Source: an uncultured Alphaproteobacteria bacterium (GTDB taxonomy: Bacteria > Pseudomonadota > Alphaproteobacteria > HIMB59 > GCA-002718135). Taken from it: DNA of 64,000 nucleotides. The stretch covers positions 18,637-82,636 of the forward strand of contig CACBAT010000005.1 in the NCBI GenBank assembly GCA_902537325.1, given 5' to 3'. Positions 1-9,787 of the stretch are shown in pieces (position 1 is the stretch's first letter; each line of letters starts with the position of its first letter). The notes under the pieces were generated by a model. It was not told where the DNA came from and made no database searches. It saw only the letters and a program-made list of their open reading frames with translations. The translations under genes were made by a program, and so were the position numbers.

Positions 1-1
1 A

Positions 2-739
2 AAACATGGTAAAGCAGAATCAGTAGGCATGGGAATGCCGGGAGCAATATCAAATGATACAGCTTTAATTAAAAATGCTAATTCTATATGGTTAAATGGT
101 AAACCATTTAAGCAAGATTTAGATAAAATTCTTAATAGGAATATTAATATAGAAAATGATGCTAATTGTTTTACACTCTCTGAAGCAGTAGATGGGGCAG
201 GCAAGGGTCATCAAGTTGTTTTTGGAGTAATTATTGGAACAGGTGTTGGTGGAGGTATAAGTATTAATCAAAAAGTTATAAGAGGTCGTAATAGTATAAG
301 CGGAGAGTGGGGTCATATATTACTGCCAGGTAGAACTGAAGAAGAAAAAAAATATGTAAAAAAATGTTATTGTGGCAAAAATGGTTGTTTAGAAACTTAT
401 ATATCTGGCCCGGGATTTTCATCGGCTTATAATTTGCGCTTCAACAAAAATTATAACTCACACCAAATATTAGAAGGCTTTCATAATAAAGAAGAAAATA
501 GTATTTTTGCACTAAATCAATACATTGATCATTTAGCTAGAGGGTTATCTGTCGTGTGTAATATCCTTGATCCAGATGTAATTGTTTTGGGTGGTGGCAT
601 GTCTAATATAGATTTTATTTATGAAAATATTAACAATACTCTAAAAAAATATGTTTTTACTGATACTTTACAAACAAAAGTTGTTAAAAATGTTTATGGG
701 GACTCAAGTGGTGTAAGAGGGGCTGCTTGGCTTTCTTAA
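2..739 (+). CDS. nagK: N-acetyl-D-glucosamine kinase (ROK family); 5' end lies outside the window
   Basis: The frame is open from the window edge. It carries the ROK zinc motif GEWGH...CYCGKNGCLE plus DNDANCF, GTGVGGG, GGGMSN and a C-terminal GDSSGVRGAAWL. By eye it is collinear with E. coli NagK. An N-terminal HTH (NagC-type regulator) cannot be excluded because the N-terminus is missing. Confidence 0.75.
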   Translation, partial: KHGKAESVGMGMPGAISNDTALIKNANSIWLNGKPFKQDLDKILNRNINIENDANCFTLSEAVDGAGKGHQVVFGVIIGTGVGGGISINQKVIRGRNSISGEWGHILLPGRTEEEKKYVKKCYCGKNGCLETYISGPGFSSAYNLRFNKNYNSHQILEGFHNKEENSIFALNQYIDHLARGLSVVCNILDPDVIVLGGGMSNIDFIYENINNTLKKYVFTDTLQTKVVKNVYGDSSGVRGAAWLS

Positions 740-2187
740 ATACCGCCCATTGAAATATATTTTATAGTTAAATAGTCATCAAGACCATATCGGGAACCTT
801 CTCTTCCCATTCCTGATTCTTTTACACCTCCAAAAGGAACTTCTGCAATTGTTGGTAGTCCGTTGTTAATAGATACAATTCCATATTCAAGTGCTTCAGC
901 AACTCGCCAAATTCTTCCTATGTCTCTCGAATAGAAATATGAAGCTAATCCATATGGAGTGTCATTAGCCATTTTAATCACCTCATCATCACTGGAAAAT
1001 TTATATAGAGGAGCAACGGGTCCAAATGTTTCTTCAAAAGTTATTTTTGCCTTAGTAGATACATTCGAGAGAACAGTTGGTTGATAGAAATTACCACCAA
1101 GCGAATGGACATCTCCACCAATTGCTATTTTAGCTCCTGTATTTACTGCGTCCTGTACATGATCAATTACTTTTTCTAAAGAGGATTGATCAATTAAAGG
1201 ACCAGATGTAATTCCATTTTCAAGTCCATTACCCACTGAAATTTTACTTACTTCATTTGTAAATTTCTCTAGGAATTCATCATAAATGTTTTTATGCACA
1301 AATATTCTATTTGAACAAATACATGTTTGACCGCTATTTCTAAATTTACTTTGAAGTGCCCCTGCAACAGCTTCATCCATATCTGCATCATCGAAAACAA
1401 TAAAGGGTGCGTGCCCACCAAGCTCCATAGAAACTTTTTTTACTGTTGAGGCACTTTGCTCTAAAAGTATTTTTCCAACCTCAGTAGATCCTGTAAAAGA
1501 AATTTTTCTTACAATAGGGTTACTTGTTAGCTCTTTGCCAATTTCACTTGCAGATCCAGTTATCACATTAAATACACCATCAGGAAAACCAGCTTCTTTA
1601 GCAAGTACTGCTACAGCTAATGCTGAATATGGTGTTTGGCTTGCTGGTTTAACTACAGTAGTACAACCAACTGCTAGAGCGGCTGCACATTTTCTTGTGA
1701 TCATTGAATTTGGAAAGTTCCATGGAGTTATTGCTCCCACAACACCAACAGGCTGTTTAATTATTACAATTCTTTTTCCAGGTCTTGGATCAGGAACTAC
1801 ATCACCATAAACTCTTTTTGCTTCTTCAGCATAGAACTCAATATAAGAAGCACCCATTAGTATTTCGCCCTTTGCTTCAGCCAGGGGTTTACCTTGCTCA
1901 ATAGTCATTATTTTAGCTAAATCATCTGCATTTTCTATGATCAGCTCTCCCCATTTCTTAAGAATAACTGATCTTTCTTTAGCAGTAGTTTCTTTCCAAG
2001 TTTGGAAAGCAGTATTTGCATCATCTACAGCTTTTTTAGTTTCTGAAACTGAGCATTTTGGGACGTTGCCAATAATTTCAAGAGATGCTGGATTATTTAC
2101 TTCAAGAGTTTCACCTGAAGAACTGCCAACCCATTCCCCATTTATGAAACATTTTTGTTTGAAGAGTGATTTATTATTTAATTCCAT
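736..2187 (-). CDS. gabD: Succinate-semialdehyde dehydrogenase (NAD(P)+)
   Basis: 483-aa ALDH that is collinear with E. coli GabD over nearly its full length (ITPWNFP, ELGGHAPFIVFDDAD, RNSGQTCICSNR, EETFGP, EYGIVSIN). Its stop codon overlaps the nagK stop in a shared TTAA at 736-739. Confidence 0.9.
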   Translation of the reverse strand: MELNNKSLFKQKCFINGEWVGSSSGETLEVNNPASLEIIGNVPKCSVSETKKAVDDANTAFQTWKETTAKERSVILKKWGELIIENADDLAKIMTIEQGKPLAEAKGEILMGASYIEFYAEEAKRVYGDVVPDPRPGKRIVIIKQPVGVVGAITPWNFPNSMITRKCAAALAVGCTTVVKPASQTPYSALAVAVLAKEAGFPDGVFNVITGSASEIGKELTSNPIVRKISFTGSTEVGKILLEQSASTVKKVSMELGGHAPFIVFDDADMDEAVAGALQSKFRNSGQTCICSNRIFVHKNIYDEFLEKFTNEVSKISVGNGLENGITSGPLIDQSSLEKVIDHVQDAVNTGAKIAIGGDVHSLGGNFYQPTVLSNVSTKAKITFEETFGPVAPLYKFSSDDEVIKMANDTPYGLASYFYSRDIGRIWRVAEALEYGIVSINNGLPTIAEVPFGGVKESGMGREGSRYGLDDYLTIKYISMGGI

Positions 2188-2230
2188 ATGTTTTAATTAT
2201 AATGCATAGTTTTAAATTAAGGAAAATATA

Positions 2231-3334
2231 ATGACAATAGTTAATTCTTGGAATGAATGGGATCCATTAAAACATGTTATAGTTGGAGCAGTTGAAAATG
2301 CTAACATACCTCCTATGGAACCTGCACTTGAACCCAAAATAAGTAAAGATAGTGGTATGGCAGGATCTCACGGACCACGTTCAAAGGAATCAATTGATAA
2401 AGCAAATATACAATTAGAAAACTTTGTTAAAATTTTAAATTCTCTAAATATAAAAGTTGATAGACCAACACCTATTGACTTTTCTCAGAGTATCGAGACA
2501 CCCGATTGGTCTAATGACGGTATGTTTGGTTGCATGCCTCCAAGAGATGTTATTCTTACTGTAGGTAATGAAATGCTAGAGGCGCCAATGTCTTACAGAT
2601 GTAGATGGTTTGAGTACCTTGCTTATAGACCACTACTTGAAAAATATTATTCAGCAGATAAAAACATGAGATGGGAGTCGGCACCTAAACCAAGATTAAC
2701 TAATCAATCGTATAAGTCTAATTATCTTCCTGAAGGTATAACGGAAGAAGAACGTTATAAAAAAATCGAAAATAGAGACATGATATTGACAGAAAAAGAA
2801 CCACTTTTTGATGCAGCAGAAATTTTACGCTTTGGAAAAGATCTTTTTTATCATAACAATTTTACATCAAATTTAAGTGGCTTAGATTGGTTAAGAAGAC
2901 ATTATCCAAATCATCGTGTTCATCAAATTAATTTACCAGGTGATTTAATTCCAACTCACATTGATGCATGTTTTACTCCTATTAAACCAGGAGTTATAAT
3001 TATTAATCCGAATAGAAAAATATCATCAGAGCAAAGAAAAATTTTTGATGATAATAAATGGGAAATTCATGAGGCAGCACCTTCTATTCATAATAGTCCA
3101 CCACCTATGTGTTATTCATCAATCTGGTTATCAATGAATGTTTTGATAATTGATCCCAAAACTATATGCGTCGAGGCAACTGAAGAAAAAATGATTAAAC
3201 AAATGGAAAGTTTTGGATTGGATGTTATTCCTGTTCCTTTTAGAGACGTTTATGCATTTGGGGGTAGTCTACATTGTGCCACTACTGATGTTCATAGAGA
3301 GGGTGAGTGTGAGGATTATTTTCCAAATCAATAA
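2231..3334 (+). CDS. Amidinotransferase, glycine amidinotransferase (AGAT)/StrB1-like
   Basis: 367 aa. It has HIDACFTP (His) and a C-terminal GGSLHCATTDVHR (nucleophile Cys), arranged as in L-arginine:glycine amidinotransferase. It is the first gene of an overlapping eight-gene operon. Confidence 0.7.
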   Translation: MTIVNSWNEWDPLKHVIVGAVENANIPPMEPALEPKISKDSGMAGSHGPRSKESIDKANIQLENFVKILNSLNIKVDRPTPIDFSQSIETPDWSNDGMFGCMPPRDVILTVGNEMLEAPMSYRCRWFEYLAYRPLLEKYYSADKNMRWESAPKPRLTNQSYKSNYLPEGITEEERYKKIENRDMILTEKEPLFDAAEILRFGKDLFYHNNFTSNLSGLDWLRRHYPNHRVHQINLPGDLIPTHIDACFTPIKPGVIIINPNRKISSEQRKIFDDNKWEIHEAAPSIHNSPPPMCYSSIWLSMNVLIIDPKTICVEATEEKMIKQMESFGLDVIPVPFRDVYAFGGSLHCATTDVHREGECEDYFPNQ

Positions 3335-4089
3335 TGGATAGTTTTAACCAAAATAATTTTAAAGCCAATTTACATGATACAAACTTTTCTAGAATTGGTA
3401 TAATTACACTATCAACAGATTTTACCATAGAGCAGGATTTTAGAAAAATTTGCCATAATTTACCAGTTGATCTTTTTTTTAATAGGATACCTTTTTTAAA
3501 TCCTCTAACTCATGAAAATTATATGAGGATGGCTGATCATCTTACAGAAACAACAAACCAAATACTACCCAATGAAAAAATACAAGTTGTAGCATATGGA
3601 TGTACTTCAGGTACTATAGAAATTGGTGAAAAAAGAATAAGATCTGAAATTTTCAAGGCTAAACCTGATGCTTTAATTACTACACCTATTACAGCAGCTG
3701 TCAATGCACTTAAATTGTTAAACCATAAAAAAATTGCTGTTCTTACTCCTTATCCAAAAGATGTTAATGTCAAAGTTTACAAATATTTAATTGATAGTGG
3801 ATTTGAAATTAAATCATTTAGTTCGTTTAACTTAAATTATGATTCGGAAATTGCCAAAGTTACTCATGATAGTATAATGCAAACAATTTCCTCAATTGAT
3901 TTAACAGATGTTGATAGTATTTTTGTTTCTTGTACTGCATTAAAAGTAATTGATATTATCGAAACATTAGAGTCAAAATTAAAGACAGATATCATTTCAA
4001 GTAATCAAGCTATTATTTGGGACTCATTAAGATTATCTAATATTAATCAAAAAATTGATGGTTTTGGTAAACTATTTAAATTACATTAA
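3334..4089 (+). CDS. Asp/Glu/hydantoin-racemase superfamily protein (maleate isomerase/arylmalonate decarboxylase/EutA-like)
   Basis: 251 aa with two Cys motifs, YGCTSGT and VSCTALK, at the spacing typical of this superfamily. The start overlaps the upstream stop (TAATG). Confidence 0.6.
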   Translation: MDSFNQNNFKANLHDTNFSRIGIITLSTDFTIEQDFRKICHNLPVDLFFNRIPFLNPLTHENYMRMADHLTETTNQILPNEKIQVVAYGCTSGTIEIGEKRIRSEIFKAKPDALITTPITAAVNALKLLNHKKIAVLTPYPKDVNVKVYKYLIDSGFEIKSFSSFNLNYDSEIAKVTHDSIMQTISSIDLTDVDSIFVSCTALKVIDIIETLESKLKTDIISSNQAIIWDSLRLSNINQKIDGFGKLFKLH

Positions 4090-4101
4090 ATAGGGTTTAA
4101 A

Positions 4102-5064
4102 TTGATAACACTTCAACAAATACAAGATGCACATAAGAAAATTTTACCTTATGTTAATTATACACCATTAATTAATTCTAATTTCTTATCAAAAAATACA
4201 ACAGTAAAACTAAAGTTAGAAAATTTTCAAATCACTGGTTCATTTAAGTTAAGAGGCGCTGTTAATAAACTTCTTTCTTTAAGTGAAGATGACAAAAACA
4301 AAGGAGTCATCGCAGTCTCTACAGGCAATCATGGCAAAGGCGTAGCTTATGCTTCAAAAGTATTGGGCATTCAATCAACAATATACATGTCTTCAATGGT
4401 TCCAGAATATAGAAAAGAGGCTATTGAAAAATTAGGAGCAAAAGTAGAAATTATTGGAAAGAATAGTGATGAAGCTGATTTGTATGCTAAACAAATGGCG
4501 AAAAAAAAAAATATCCCATTAATTCACCCCTTTGATGATGAAGACATTATTATAGGCCAAGGTACAGTTGGCCTTGAAATGCTTACTGAATTTCCTGAAG
4601 TTGATACAGTAATTATACCAACATCTGGTGGCGGTCTTATATCTGGAATAGCACAAGCTATTAAACTTCAAAAACCTGATACAAAAATTATTGCCGTATC
4701 TATGGAAAGAGGTCCTTCAATGTATGAAAGTCTAAAAGAAGGTAGACCTGTTGATGTAGAGGAAACTGAAACTTTAGCTGATTGTTTAGGGGGTAGTATT
4801 GGTTTAGATAATAAATTTACATTTAATATTGTACAACAATACGTTGATGACTTTGTTTTAGTAAGTGAAGAAAAAATAGCTGAGGGGATTAGAATAAATT
4901 TTTTAGAACATAAAATTGTATCTGAAGGTGCTGCAGCAACAAGTGTAATGGTTGTTAAAGAAAAACTAACATCGCACTTAGGAAAAAATATAATTTGTTT
5001 AATTTGTGGTGGCAATATTGATTCAGAACTATTTAATAAAGTTTTAAGCCATGCTCATCCTTAA
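4102..5064 (+). CDS. Threonine-dehydratase-like PLP enzyme (EutB-like)
   Basis: 320 aa, PLP fold-type II. It has the Lys motif TGSFKLRGA, STGNHGKG and the glycine loop SGGGLISG. The start codon is TTG at 4102. Confidence 0.75.
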   Translation: MITLQQIQDAHKKILPYVNYTPLINSNFLSKNTTVKLKLENFQITGSFKLRGAVNKLLSLSEDDKNKGVIAVSTGNHGKGVAYASKVLGIQSTIYMSSMVPEYRKEAIEKLGAKVEIIGKNSDEADLYAKQMAKKKNIPLIHPFDDEDIIIGQGTVGLEMLTEFPEVDTVIIPTSGGGLISGIAQAIKLQKPDTKIIAVSMERGPSMYESLKEGRPVDVEETETLADCLGGSIGLDNKFTFNIVQQYVDDFVLVSEEKIAEGIRINFLEHKIVSEGAAATSVMVVKEKLTSHLGKNIICLICGGNIDSELFNKVLSHAHP

Positions 5065-6025
5065 TAAAAATGATATTATTCAACTTGTAGATTTGAACAA
5101 AAATCTCATACCAATAATAGAGGAAGCATTTAAAAGTCTATCAAAGGGTTTGGTAATGATGCCACCTATAATGAGAATTGATATTGAAAAATATCATGGT
5201 GAATCAGATGTTAAAGCTGCATACGTTGAAGGTCTTGATAGTTTTGCAATAAAAATTGCCTCAGGTTTTTTTGATAATCCAAAACTTGGTTTGCCATCTA
5301 GTAATGGACTGATGGTTTTATTAGATTCAAAGACTGGAGTTGTAAAATCTGTTTTATTGGATGAAGGTTATCTTACAGATACTAGAACAGCTATAGCAGG
5401 AGCAATAGCTACAAAATATTTATCAAATCAAAATGCTAATTCTGTGGGTATTATTGGGGCTGGAATTCAAGCTAAATTACAACTTCAAGCAATTATGTTA
5501 GTTAGAAAAATAAAAAAAATAATAATTTGGACAAGAGATGAGACAAAAGCGAACCAATTTATAAAAAGTTTCAAAAATTTAGATATAGATTTTCATACAG
5601 CTTCTTCTTGCAAAGAATTGGCAAGCTTATCAGAAATAATTGTTACAACGACTCCTAGTAAAAAACCGCTTTTAGAATTTAATTGGATAAATAAAGGAAC
5701 TCACATAACAGCAATGGGATCAGATGCTGAACAAAAAAATGAATTAGATCCTCATATGTTAAAATATTGCGATCAATATGTGCCTGACAATCAATTACAA
5801 ACAAGTGTTTTGGGTGAATTACATCATGCTTTAAAACAGAATATAATTTCTTCCAAAGAAAAATTTAATGAACTTGGCGATATTATTAATAATCCAAGCT
5901 TAGGAAGAAAAAATAATGAAGATATAACGATATGTGATTTGACAGGAACTGGCGTACAAGATACTGCAATAGCAAGGTTTGCCTATAATCTTTGTAAAAC
6001 AAATAATTTAGGCATCAATATTTAA
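5051..6025 (+). CDS. Ornithine cyclodeaminase/mu-crystallin family protein (EutC-like)
   Basis: 324 aa with a Rossmann motif GIIGAGIQAKLQ and an overall OCD-family layout. It overlaps the upstream gene by 14 nt. Confidence 0.75.
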   Translation: MLILNKNDIIQLVDLNKNLIPIIEEAFKSLSKGLVMMPPIMRIDIEKYHGESDVKAAYVEGLDSFAIKIASGFFDNPKLGLPSSNGLMVLLDSKTGVVKSVLLDEGYLTDTRTAIAGAIATKYLSNQNANSVGIIGAGIQAKLQLQAIMLVRKIKKIIIWTRDETKANQFIKSFKNLDIDFHTASSCKELASLSEIIVTTTPSKKPLLEFNWINKGTHITAMGSDAEQKNELDPHMLKYCDQYVPDNQLQTSVLGELHHALKQNIISSKEKFNELGDIINNPSLGRKNNEDITICDLTGTGVQDTAIARFAYNLCKTNNLGINI

Positions 6026-6028
6026 TTT

Positions 6029-7471
6029 ATGAGTCAAGCAATAATAAAAAAAACGTCTGATTACTTCAAATCAAAAGGAGTTATTTTGCCAAGCATTAGT
6101 GAACTTCAAGATCCTCAAATTATTAATGATGATATTAAAAATTCTCTAAAAAAAATAAATAATAATGATATCAATCCACTTAACCTTTTTAGAGTTCATT
6201 GGTTTAATAAAAGAGATCAATCAGGTTTTGGAAATGAGCCTGAATATATTGTTCTTCCAACAGAATTTACAGGTGTTAAGGCAAAGATAATTGTAAATAT
6301 GGGACGATATTTTCCCTTAATAACAGCACATAAAGTTTTGGCAGCTTATGGTTGTTTGCTTCCAAGAATATTGAATGGCACTTTTGATTATGAAAAACAT
6401 AAAGCAGTTTGGCCTTCAACAGGAAATTATTGCAGGGGTGGAGTGGCAATATCTCGGATAATGGGCCTTAATAGTATTGCAATACTTCCTGAAGGGATGA
6501 GTAATGAGAGGTTTGAATGGTTGAATAATTGGGTTGAAGATAAAAAAAATATCATAAAGACAAAAGGTACAGAAAGTAATGTTAAAGAAATCTATGATGC
6601 TTGTAATAAATTAAAAAAAGATAATCAAAATGATATCGTAAATCAATTTGATGAGTATTATAATTACGGTATTCATCGTTCTGTAACCGGTCCATCTTTT
6701 GAAAAATCATTTCTTAAAGTTAAAGGTAACAGTAATTTAACTCCTAGATTTTACGTAAGTGCTTCAGGATCAAGTGGTACTCTAGCAGCAGGAGATTATC
6801 TTAAAGAGAAATTACAGACGAAGATTGCAGTTGTTGAAGCTTTGGAGTGTCCAACATTGCTTCATGGAGGTTATGGTGAACATAATATACAAGGCATTGG
6901 TGACAAACATGTTCCCCTTATTCATAATGTAATGAATACAGATTTTGTCGTAGATGTTTCTGATCAAGCTACCAATAATCTAAACATGATTTTTAATACT
7001 GAAATAGGAAAAAAGTTTTTAATTGAGAAAAAAAATTTTGAGCCTGATTTTGTTTCTCGACTTCCCGAATTTGGCTTTTCAGCAATAGCAAATATATTGG
7101 CATCAATAAAATTAGCTAAATATATGGATTTAAATAGTGATGATGCAATTATAACGGTTGCTACAGATGGTGCAGATTTATATATGTCAGAATTAAATAA
7201 GACCATTGCTGATTTTAAAAATAATTATGATGAAATAGTTTGTGCTGAACTATTTGGAAAACACTTATCAGGAATATCTACTGATAATATGCTAGAACTT
7301 TCTTACATGAACAAGAAAAGAATATTTAATTTAGGGTACTTTACTTGGGTAGAGCAACAAGGTGTAAGTGTTGAAGAATTTGAAAAAAGAAAAGATCAAA
7401 AATTTTGGAATTCACATTATGATTATATGCTTTCTCTAGACAATAAGATTAAAGAATTTAATAATATGTAG
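6029..7471 (+). CDS. PLP-dependent fold-type II (cysteine synthase/CBS-like) enzyme, long form
   Basis: 480 aa. STGNYCRGGVAISRIMGLNSIAILPEGMS and SASGSSGTLAAG resemble the cysteine-synthase-family nucleotide/PLP phosphate loops. The N- and C-terminal extensions are not recognised. Confidence 0.55.
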   Translation: MSQAIIKKTSDYFKSKGVILPSISELQDPQIINDDIKNSLKKINNNDINPLNLFRVHWFNKRDQSGFGNEPEYIVLPTEFTGVKAKIIVNMGRYFPLITAHKVLAAYGCLLPRILNGTFDYEKHKAVWPSTGNYCRGGVAISRIMGLNSIAILPEGMSNERFEWLNNWVEDKKNIIKTKGTESNVKEIYDACNKLKKDNQNDIVNQFDEYYNYGIHRSVTGPSFEKSFLKVKGNSNLTPRFYVSASGSSGTLAAGDYLKEKLQTKIAVVEALECPTLLHGGYGEHNIQGIGDKHVPLIHNVMNTDFVVDVSDQATNNLNMIFNTEIGKKFLIEKKNFEPDFVSRLPEFGFSAIANILASIKLAKYMDLNSDDAIITVATDGADLYMSELNKTIADFKNNYDEIVCAELFGKHLSGISTDNMLELSYMNKKRIFNLGYFTWVEQQGVSVEEFEKRKDQKFWNSHYDYMLSLDNKIKEFNNM

Positions 7472-7474
7472 GTT

Positions 7475-8629
7475 ATGAAAACTCAGTCATTACATAACCA
7501 ATTAGTAGAATGGCGTCATGATCTTCATATGCACCCACAATTAAGTTTTGAAGAAGAGTATGCTGCAGCAAAAGTGTCAACACTTCTAAAAGAGTTTGGA
7601 ATAGAAGTTCATTCTGGTATTGCCAGAACTGGAGTAGTTGGAATTTTAAAAAAAGGAAATAGTTCAAAATCAATAGGAATAAGAGCTGACATGGATGCTC
7701 TTCCTATACATGAAACTAATAATTTTAGTTATAAATCCAAGTTTGATAACAGAATGCATGCATGTGGACATGACGGTCACACAACAATGTTATTAGGTGC
7801 AGCAAGATATTTATCAGAAAAAGGTAACTTTAATGGAACAGTATATTTTATTTTTCAACCTGATGAAGAGAATACTTTTGGTGCAAGAACAATGATAGAT
7901 GAAGGATTGTTTGATAAATTTAACATTGATGAAGTTTACGCTATGCACAATATTCCTAACATGGAAATAGGAACATTTGGTACAAGAAATGGAGCTATTA
8001 CAGCCAGCGAAAATTTATTTGAAATTGAAATAAAAACTAAAGGTGGGCACGCTGCATTACCTCATATGGGGGTAGATGCAATAACTGTTGGTTCTCAAAT
8101 AGCTGTAGCACTTCAATCGATAGTGTCTAGGAAATTAAATCCAGCAGACAATGGTATAGTGTCTATCACCGAATTTATAACCGATGGTAAAAAAAATATT
8201 CTGCCAGGTATGGTAAAAATGACTGGTGACGCGAGAGCTTTATCAAAAGAAACAAATGAAAAAATTGCTTCAAAAATGTTACAAATTGTCGAAGGAATTT
8301 GCAATGCACATAGTGTTAATGGTAGTGTTAAATATGAAACAGCCTGTCCTGTAACTTTTAATTCAAAAAATCAAACTGAGTCTGCAACAAAAGCTGCAGT
8401 TTCTTTACTTGGTAGTGATAAATGTAATGGTAATATAGAACCGCGTTTATTCTCAGAAGATTTTTCTGTTATGGCAAATGAAAAACCTGGCTGCTTTGTT
8501 TTAATGGGTAACGGAACATCAGAGCAGCATTCCAGACCTTTACATGCTGATAATTATGATTTTAATGACGAATTATTAGTCATAGGTTCTTCATATTGGA
8601 CTGAATTGGTAGAACAACAATTAAAATAA
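7475..8629 (+). CDS. M20D amidohydrolase (hippurate hydrolase/N-acyl-amino-acid amidohydrolase type)
   Basis: 384 aa with the MHACGHDGHT motif, FQPDEE, and a typical length and layout for the family. Confidence 0.8.
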   Translation: MKTQSLHNQLVEWRHDLHMHPQLSFEEEYAAAKVSTLLKEFGIEVHSGIARTGVVGILKKGNSSKSIGIRADMDALPIHETNNFSYKSKFDNRMHACGHDGHTTMLLGAARYLSEKGNFNGTVYFIFQPDEENTFGARTMIDEGLFDKFNIDEVYAMHNIPNMEIGTFGTRNGAITASENLFEIEIKTKGGHAALPHMGVDAITVGSQIAVALQSIVSRKLNPADNGIVSITEFITDGKKNILPGMVKMTGDARALSKETNEKIASKMLQIVEGICNAHSVNGSVKYETACPVTFNSKNQTESATKAAVSLLGSDKCNGNIEPRLFSEDFSVMANEKPGCFVLMGNGTSEQHSRPLHADNYDFNDELLVIGSSYWTELVEQQLK

Positions 8630-9787
8630 ATGTTTTCTGAAAACTTAAATAAACTAAAGAAAAAAATGTCTGAGAACAATATTGATCTCTCAATTATAAC
8701 TGATGATGACTCGATATATTATTTCACAGGATACCATGACTTCCTTCATATGGATTTTTATAGACCAACATTATTAGTTGTTTCAAATGATCATAAAACT
8801 TATTTAATTACACCTCTTCTTGATGTTTTATTAGTACCAGAATCTTGTCCTGTAGATATGGTTGAAACATGGAATGATGGTATTGGAAATGAATGGAGAG
8901 AATTATTACCTCAAATCATTAATCAGCATAAAAATATTTTTATTGAAAAATTTAAAATTAACCCAATGGTTAAGAGTTATTTAGACGAATTACTTCAAGA
9001 CCAGCCTGGGGATTTAACCAAATTAATAGATAATATAAGAATGATTAAATCTAATCATGAATTGAATATAGCTCGTCATGCCGGCGAAGTTGGTATGGCT
9101 ATGATGGAGGCAGCAAAAAAAACAATTGGCCATAATGTTCCTGAGTATGAGGTTGCACTTGCACAATCACAAGCTGGAACAAGAAAAGCTGCAGATCTTT
9201 TAAAAGAATTTTATCCTGATAATATCAATATGTCTCCAAATATTCACTTTTTACCTGTTATGACATCGGGTCATGATTTACCTAAAACTCACCATCGTGC
9301 TTCAACCAAAATTATAAAAAAAGGTGATCCCGTATTCGTTTGTTATTGTGGTTCTACAAATTTTCATAGGTTTAAATTAGGTTTTGACAGAATATTTTGG
9401 GTAGAAGAAATTCAATCCGATGAACAAATAAAAGCTTTTGAGACTGCAGTTAAATCTCAAAAAGCTGCTCTTGAAATTCTTGGCCCTGGAGTAATAGCTG
9501 AAGAAGTTCATGCAGCTTATGCAGATACTATACAGTCTGAGGGATACCCTTATCCTACATTTCGATGTGGAAGAGGTACAGGCTTTAGCTTTTTAGAAGA
9601 ACCACAATTAGTAGTTGGTAATAAAACAGTACTGGAGCCTGGAATGGTATTTGCTGTTGATGGTGGGGCAAGTGCAAATAATTTTAGGTCACAAGTTGGT
9701 GATAGTTTTATTATAACAGAAGAAGGATACGAACAAATAACACATCATTCTAAAAATATTGATGATCTAATAATTCCACATGGATGA
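8630..9787 (+). CDS. M24-fold protein with creatinase-type N-domain (Xaa-Pro peptidase/creatinase/ectoine-hydrolase-like)
   Basis: 385 aa. The N-terminus (ENNIDLSIITDDDSIYYFTGY) looks like a Creatinase_N domain and the C-terminus has the pita-bread fold (LEPGMVFAVDGG, ITEEGYEQIT). The start abuts the upstream stop (TAAATG). Confidence 0.7.
   Translation: MFSENLNKLKKKMSENNIDLSIITDDDSIYYFTGYHDFLHMDFYRPTLLVVSNDHKTYLITPLLDVLLVPESCPVDMVETWNDGIGNEWRELLPQIINQHKNIFIEKFKINPMVKSYLDELLQDQPGDLTKLIDNIRMIKSNHELNIARHAGEVGMAMMEAAKKTIGHNVPEYEVALAQSQAGTRKAADLLKEFYPDNINMSPNIHFLPVMTSGHDLPKTHHRASTKIIKKGDPVFVCYCGSTNFHRFKLGFDRIFWVEEIQSDEQIKAFETAVKSQKAALEILGPGVIAEEVHAAYADTIQSEGYPYPTFRCGRGTGFSFLEEPQLVVGNKTVLEPGMVFAVDGGASANNFRSQVGDSFIITEEGYEQITHHSKNIDDLIIPHG

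Noticed and set aside
4501-4511. A11 homopolymer inside the EutB-like gene, together with other A/T runs such as T10 at 21446-21455, as possible slipped-strand phase-variation switches.
   Set aside because: Homopolymer runs are expected at this base composition. The coding run simply encodes KKKN. There is no evidence of alternative frames or of length polymorphism within a single sequence.
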